Shown here: in pieces, positions 63,003-64,000 of the stretch
Layout: each line of letters opens with the position of its first letter
Position numbering within the stretch: position 1 is the first letter of the stretch
Source: Candidatus Bathyarchaeota archaeon
GTDB lineage: Archaea > Thermoproteota > Bathyarchaeia > Bathyarchaeales > Bathycorpusculaceae
Length of the DNA: 64,000 nt
Direction of reading: 5' to 3'
Assembly: GCA_963806535.1 (NCBI GenBank)
Contig: CAWDYC010000003.1
Coordinates: 64,001 to 128,000 of the forward strand
Position numbers and translations under genes: made by a program
Notes under the pieces: model-generated
What the model was told of the DNA's origin: nothing
The model's database searches: none
What the model saw: the letters and a program-made list of their open reading frames with translations, nothing else

Positions 63003-63368
63003 TTGGGAAGCATATGGTTAGGAGCCTTCGTTGGATTTTTGGTTATAATAGTTATTGCTTTTCTCTTTCCAGGAGTCGGTTCCCTTATCGGTCTTTTTAT
63101 CGGCGGCTTTGTAGCTGGACTCGTAGCCAGAGGCGTCTTCAAAGGATTAGTTGCTGGTTTTCTAGCAGGCATATTTGGTGCAATAATAATAGCAATTCTA
63201 GCAGTCATTGGGCTCGCATTCGCAGGTGGATTGGCAGGTGGAATTACAGGAGCATTCTTTGGAGGAGTAGTGGGTTTAGCAGTAGGCGTACTTGCAATCA
63301 TTGCAGCGATAATTGCGGGAATAATTGCAGCTGTTGGCGGTTTAATCGGTGGAGCAATTGCTCGATAA
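63003..63368 (+). CDS. Gly-rich small membrane protein (DUF5518-like)
   Basis: Hydrophobic GxxxG repeats (IGGFVAG, AGFLAG, VGGLIGG). Confidence 0.7.
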   Translation: MGSIWLGAFVGFLVIIVIAFLFPGVGSLIGLFIGGFVAGLVARGVFKGLVAGFLAGIFGAIIIAILAVIGLAFAGGLAGGITGAFFGGVVGLAVGVLAIIAAIIAGIIAAVGGLIGGAIAR

Positions 63369-63587
63369 AACTATTGCTATCTTTATATTCATTTGATAAT
63401 TGCTAGTGGAAATTTTTCAATTGTTGATTAGTTTTAAAAGGTGGTGCATCTCTCCTAGCATCAAACTCTAAATCATAAGGATAGACTTCAGGGATTAAAT
63501 TGTTGTAAGTCAATTACAAAGAAGCAGACTGAATAAGCCTATCCGTACTTAGTAATCTTGAGAAGAAAAAAGTTAAGTCACAGTTTT

Positions 63588-64000
63588 TCATCTGTCTAAA
63601 CTGAATGTTTTCTCATGGGCAAGCTTCTCAGGCACCCGATCTAAAATCATCTTTTCCGCAGGCTTCTTAGTCAACGCAATAGGCGACAATTGGTTTGCAA
63701 GCTCAAGCGCCGAAGCCAACTTGCTGCTTCTCTCCGCATATATTTCAAAGAGAACACTGTCTTTATGCACAGTATCCCCAAGCTTCGCATGCAACACTAA
63801 ACCTGCGCCCTTCTCTTTTGGTGCTCCAGCCTCACGCGCTATCCGCACAATATCTTCAGTGCTTAGCCATATGACCTTGCCAGCGCATGTCAGACCTGAA
63901 CTTCAGCCATTTCAGGACCGACAGGCAAATCGTCAGGTTTAATCGCTCCATTTCCGCCTTGTGCTGCAATGATTTCACGCATTTTTGCCTCAGCTTTGCC
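63588..64000 (-). CDS. AMP phosphorylase / thymidine phosphorylase family, C-terminal part (truncated by window, one frameshift)
   Basis: GKAEAKMREIIAAQGG..IAREAGAPKEKGAG..LFEIYAE. Confidence 0.85.

Overview
Archaeal chromosomal window, most likely Bathyarchaeia (TACK). The evidence is a LysW-type Lys/Arg pathway, an archaeal ADH/DHQS-II shikimate route, aIF2-alpha, Alba, AMP phosphorylase and a Bathyarchaeia-type PQQ-propeller surface protein. It is dominated by amino-acid biosynthesis operons: lysW-X-Y-Z-J-K (minus) with a divergent Lrp regulator, ilvB-ilvH-leuC-leuD-leuB-leuA-pheA (plus), and a converging 11-gene aspartokinase-to-tyrA aromatic operon (minus). Many genes at 1-17 kb and 61-64 kb carry single-base frameshifts that look like consensus errors. 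The main finding is two unannotated leader ORFs whose 3' codons match the products of the operon they precede: MSNFILNKESNAAQLLSFDYYFYRYFS* ahead of the aromatic operon, followed by alternative hairpins, and MRDRHLHSWDRRVLIL* ahead of ilv-leu. This suggests ribosome-mediated leader-peptide attenuation in an archaeon. Other notable items: an operon pairing a membrane protein that has a 10-Cys (CA)n tail with an RRE/radical SAM/SPASM enzyme; an intact IS481 with a 15-bp target duplication next to the aromatic promoter; three DtxR boxes phased 21 bp apart; an inserted HEPN-motif gene; an in-frame amber codon in a histidine kinase; tRNA-Leu(TAG) with an integrase-tail scar; and several small ORFs missed by the ORF track.
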